Virus record (IMG/VR): IMGVR_UViG_3300009011_000001 | Span: 124,001 to 188,000 of that record | Length of the DNA stretch: 64,000 nt | Reading direction: 5' to 3' (one strand) | Shown here: positions 61,418-64,000 of the stretch, one piece after another | Layout: every line of letters starts with the position of its first letter | Numbering within the stretch: the first letter of the stretch is position 1 | Program-made: the position numbers and the translations under genes | Notes under the pieces: model-generated | What the model saw: only the letters and a program-made list of their open reading frames with translations | The model's database searches: none | Told to the model about the DNA's origin: nothing

Positions 61418-61641
61418 ACAGATCACGCCCATCCATCCTGCTCCTGGATGGGCTACTTGTGGTCAGGACATTCCCCCTGACCGATGGTCATTGCCATTCC
61501 TGGTCGTGTGGCAGTGACTGCTAAGTATCACTTAGCCTACAGGGCAATCGTCGTGGGAGTGGATTGCTCTGTAGGGTGTGTGGTGTGTGGCGATGGTGGT
61601 GAGCGGAAAGCATAGGGCGGAGCGCAAGCTCCGCCTTTATG
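61418..61641 (+). ncRNA. candidate ~220-nt five-hairpin non-coding RNA
   Basis: Promoter motif upstream; five consecutive stems with G-U pairs favouring +; own terminator; no RBS-led ORF. Confidence 0.7.
61611..61641 (+). terminator. CATA...TATG-closed hairpin terminator
   Basis: CATAGGGCGGAGC-GCAA-GCTCCGCCTTTATG. Confidence 0.8.
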
Positions 61642-61668
61642 CCGTTATAGTTCGATTTAAAAAACTCT

Positions 61669-61682
61669 CAGTAATACATACT
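61669..61682 (+). promoter_or_regulatory. putative early promoter motif
   Basis: CAGTAATACATACT. Confidence 0.5.
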
Positions 61683-61724
61683 GGAACTGACTACACACCA
61701 CCCTGTCCTTTGGAGGACTTAGTA

Positions 61725-63183
61725 ATGCAAAAAGCAGATCTCTTGCTCGTCGTGGTTTATGTTGGCTTTATTCTCTATCGCCAGCATCGTCAGTTCAGCA
61801 CCCTGCTGTCGCAATCGGTGGGCGGTTGGGCAGGACTCAAGTTCGCCGCTTCAATGCTTTCGGCGTTGTTCTACACGAGCATGGCTAACAACTCGCACTA
61901 CAGGAACGGGTTCTTAGCATCGTTTATCACCACGCCGATTGTGCTCTACTCCATCGGGTTCCATTACACCCTTGGGGCTAACCTCTTTTTCGCTGCTGAG
62001 TCGACGGCGTTTTTCGTAGCCGGCTGGCATCTTGTCCGCAAACACCAGATGAACACTTTCTGAGGATTTCACTATGTTAGTTTTCGTTCGTAATCCGTGG
62101 GTCCAAGGCATTGCCACCGCATCGGGCATTGCCGCAACGTTGGCTGTGGCTAGCTACTTCATTCTGAAGAGCGAGAAGAAAATTGCATCTGAGCCATCGC
62201 CGGTTTCTGAAGCAGACCGCAAGCAACGCGCTGAACTCGAGGGGAACATCAAACATCTCCTCCACCTCATGTCTAAGCAACGTGAGAAGCGTCCGATGTT
62301 CCTCACCAGTGAGCAGGCTCTCAGGGTCCGCTACCTGACCAACAAGATTTCGTATAGCTACGTCAACATACCGATGCTGGAAGAAATCCAGATCGAAATC
62401 AAAAACATTTACGACAGTGCTGAAAAACGCACTTAAAGGAATTGCCATGTCAGTAGAAGCTGCTATCCGCATTGCGTGTGGTACTGTCTGCGTTGCCGCA
62501 GGTCTGTACGGTACTTACAAGTTCTGCAAGTTCTTCAACAGCGTTTCACGCAAACTCCAGATTGTTCAACGGATCCAGACCAACGTTGAACAGCTGCACG
62601 TCGGCGACGCTGCTCTTGAAGGAGACCAGCTTCGTCAATTCATGATGGAGTTGGAATCGGTAAAGGATGTCCTGGAGCAGATCCAATTGGACTTCAGTTC
62701 CATTACCGAGAACGATCTTCTCAATGCCCTGAACACGTCCACCAAAATGTTCGTAACCTACGGTATCGCTAAGGAGTGAGCATGAGCAGTGTTAATGCAA
62801 GCGATCTTGAACAGCTGGCTATCATCGAAGCATTGATTGATAGCCAGGCTTCCCGTAACCAACCCAGCGGTGGAAACATCACCGCTGCTCGCTTTACTTG
62901 GGCCGGCGTCTTCGTAAATCCCTCGAAGAAAGAGTACGCGTTCAAGATCTACACGAAACCTGAAGACGATCCACGTCCTGGGTGGTTGTACACGATCAAC
63001 GAACACCGTCTCTCTGACGGCAAGGTCTTATCGACCGAAGTATCTGTAGGTGGTCTGTTGCCCTTGGTTAAGGACAACGAGGTCATCGACATGATAAAAG
63101 CATTCAACGTAGACAGAAAAGGGTCGGTGTTGGTATCCGACCTTTGGGATCTGGAAACCGGTAAACACTACCCGATGGTTTAG
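61725..63183 (+). CDS. four early hypothetical CDSs, three with TM segments (61725-62063, 62074-62436, 62447-62779, 62776-63183)
   Basis: RBS-led and coupled. Confidence 0.7.
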
Positions 63184-63279
63184 CAGCCATTGGTAACTGC
63201 TGTGGGGAAACCCACAGCGGCACTCCTTTTTATTTTCTACAAATACACCCTTTCTTATAAGTTCCTGGAGCGCACTTAA

Positions 63280-64000
63280 ATGAAGTACCTTCACCCGGAA
63301 GATGCGGAAAGAATCGAGATCCTGAAAAACAAAAGCGATCGGGAGCTGGTTCCTGCAGAGTTGTTGATTAAACGTGTGATCAATTTCGACCACACTTACG
63401 AATACAGTGATGACATCAATGTCTATCACACCTGGTCTGCCAAAGAAAAAGAACTGCGCCAAGACCTGCTGGAAAGTGACTTGATCAATGCGGAGGTGAA
63501 AGCCCTCGCACTCAAGGCACTCAAGAATACAGTCAGTCACGAACCACTGCAGCAGTTGGTCGACCGGTATCCGAACATCAAGTACGAGCACTACGGTCCA
63601 ACTGGCTTCACCAAACTTCTCGAAGAAAAAGGTGATGAATACACCGAGCGCGCAATTGAGACGCTACGAGAACTTGGAAGTCTGATTGATGAATTACCTC
63701 CGGCATTATATCCGGGTTGGTTCATCATGACTCCGGCGACGCCGCACCAGAAGATCATGCGCGACTACGCAAGAAGTGACACCGGCCGCGATTCGTGGTA
63801 CGGGTACGCATTACCGAAACCGCTCCACGATCGCATCTGGAACTTCTTCGACAAATGCATGTTCCAGAAAGAAGGTTGGAAAACCATTGTTGAAACCTAC
63901 GAGTTGGCGAGAGCCAAATCTGCAGGCGTAAACTATGGTCTCCAGTACAACGTATCTGATGACGCACCGGCTAAATACACCGGTACTCCAGCAGCTTGGT
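63280..64000 (+). CDS. hypothetical protein, truncated at the window end
   Basis: GGAG RBS; ATG at 63280 (MKYLHPEDAE...); open to the end of the window. Confidence 0.7.
   Translation, partial: MKYLHPEDAERIEILKNKSDRELVPAELLIKRVINFDHTYEYSDDINVYHTWSAKEKELRQDLLESDLINAEVKALALKALKNTVSHEPLQQLVDRYPNIKYEHYGPTGFTKLLEEKGDEYTERAIETLRELGSLIDELPPALYPGWFIMTPATPHQKIMRDYARSDTGRDSWYGYALPKPLHDRIWNFFDKCMFQKEGWKTIVETYELARAKSAGVNYGLQYNVSDDAPAKYTGTPAAW

Noticed and set aside
61342-61724. ORF 61342-61524 and the upstream extension of 61578-62063
   Set aside because: There is no RBS, and they cross the hairpin RNA, terminator and promoter. The true start is ATG 61725 after GGAGG.

Overview
The window is a 64-kb segment of a phiKZ-like (Chimalliviridae-type) Pseudomonas jumbo phage genome; this is inferred from gene content, not from a database match. 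Most of it is densely packed + strand early or accessory genes. They sit behind a recurrent (C/G)AGT(A/C)A(C/T)ACATTA(C/T) promoter-like motif, related to the phiKZ early TATATTAC motif, and are punctuated by CATA...TATG-closed hairpin terminators. Recognisable functions include dTMP kinase, a NUDIX hydrolase, thymidylate synthase with large insertions, dCTP deaminase, macrodomain, phosphatase, HD/PDE-like and GNAT proteins, a 2OG-Fe(II) oxygenase, three AAA+ ATPases, an ATP-grasp protein, a YgiB/YgiC-like lipoprotein plus glutathionylspermidine-synthase pair, a TAXI-type solute-binding protein, spanins and a tRNA cluster (Tyr, Gln, Asn, Ser). The minus strand carries inner-head virion proteins with S/A/G-x-E maturation sites and an SF2/SNF2 helicase fusion. 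The most unusual observations are four. (1) An operon of eight tandem, hypervariable, 71-89 aa charged peptides shares an N-terminal RKK motif, and the eighth is fused in frame to an AAA+ ATPase (13579-16603). (2) Several apparently unannotated structured non-coding RNAs occur at 34.1 kb, at 61.4 kb (with its own promoter and terminator), at 52.5 kb (GGA-rich) and in the tRNA cluster (aberrant tRNA-like RNAs). (3) A near-verbatim host AmrZ DNA-binding domain is fused to a foreign C-terminus. (4) A helicase/ART-like/virion-domain polyprotein is present.
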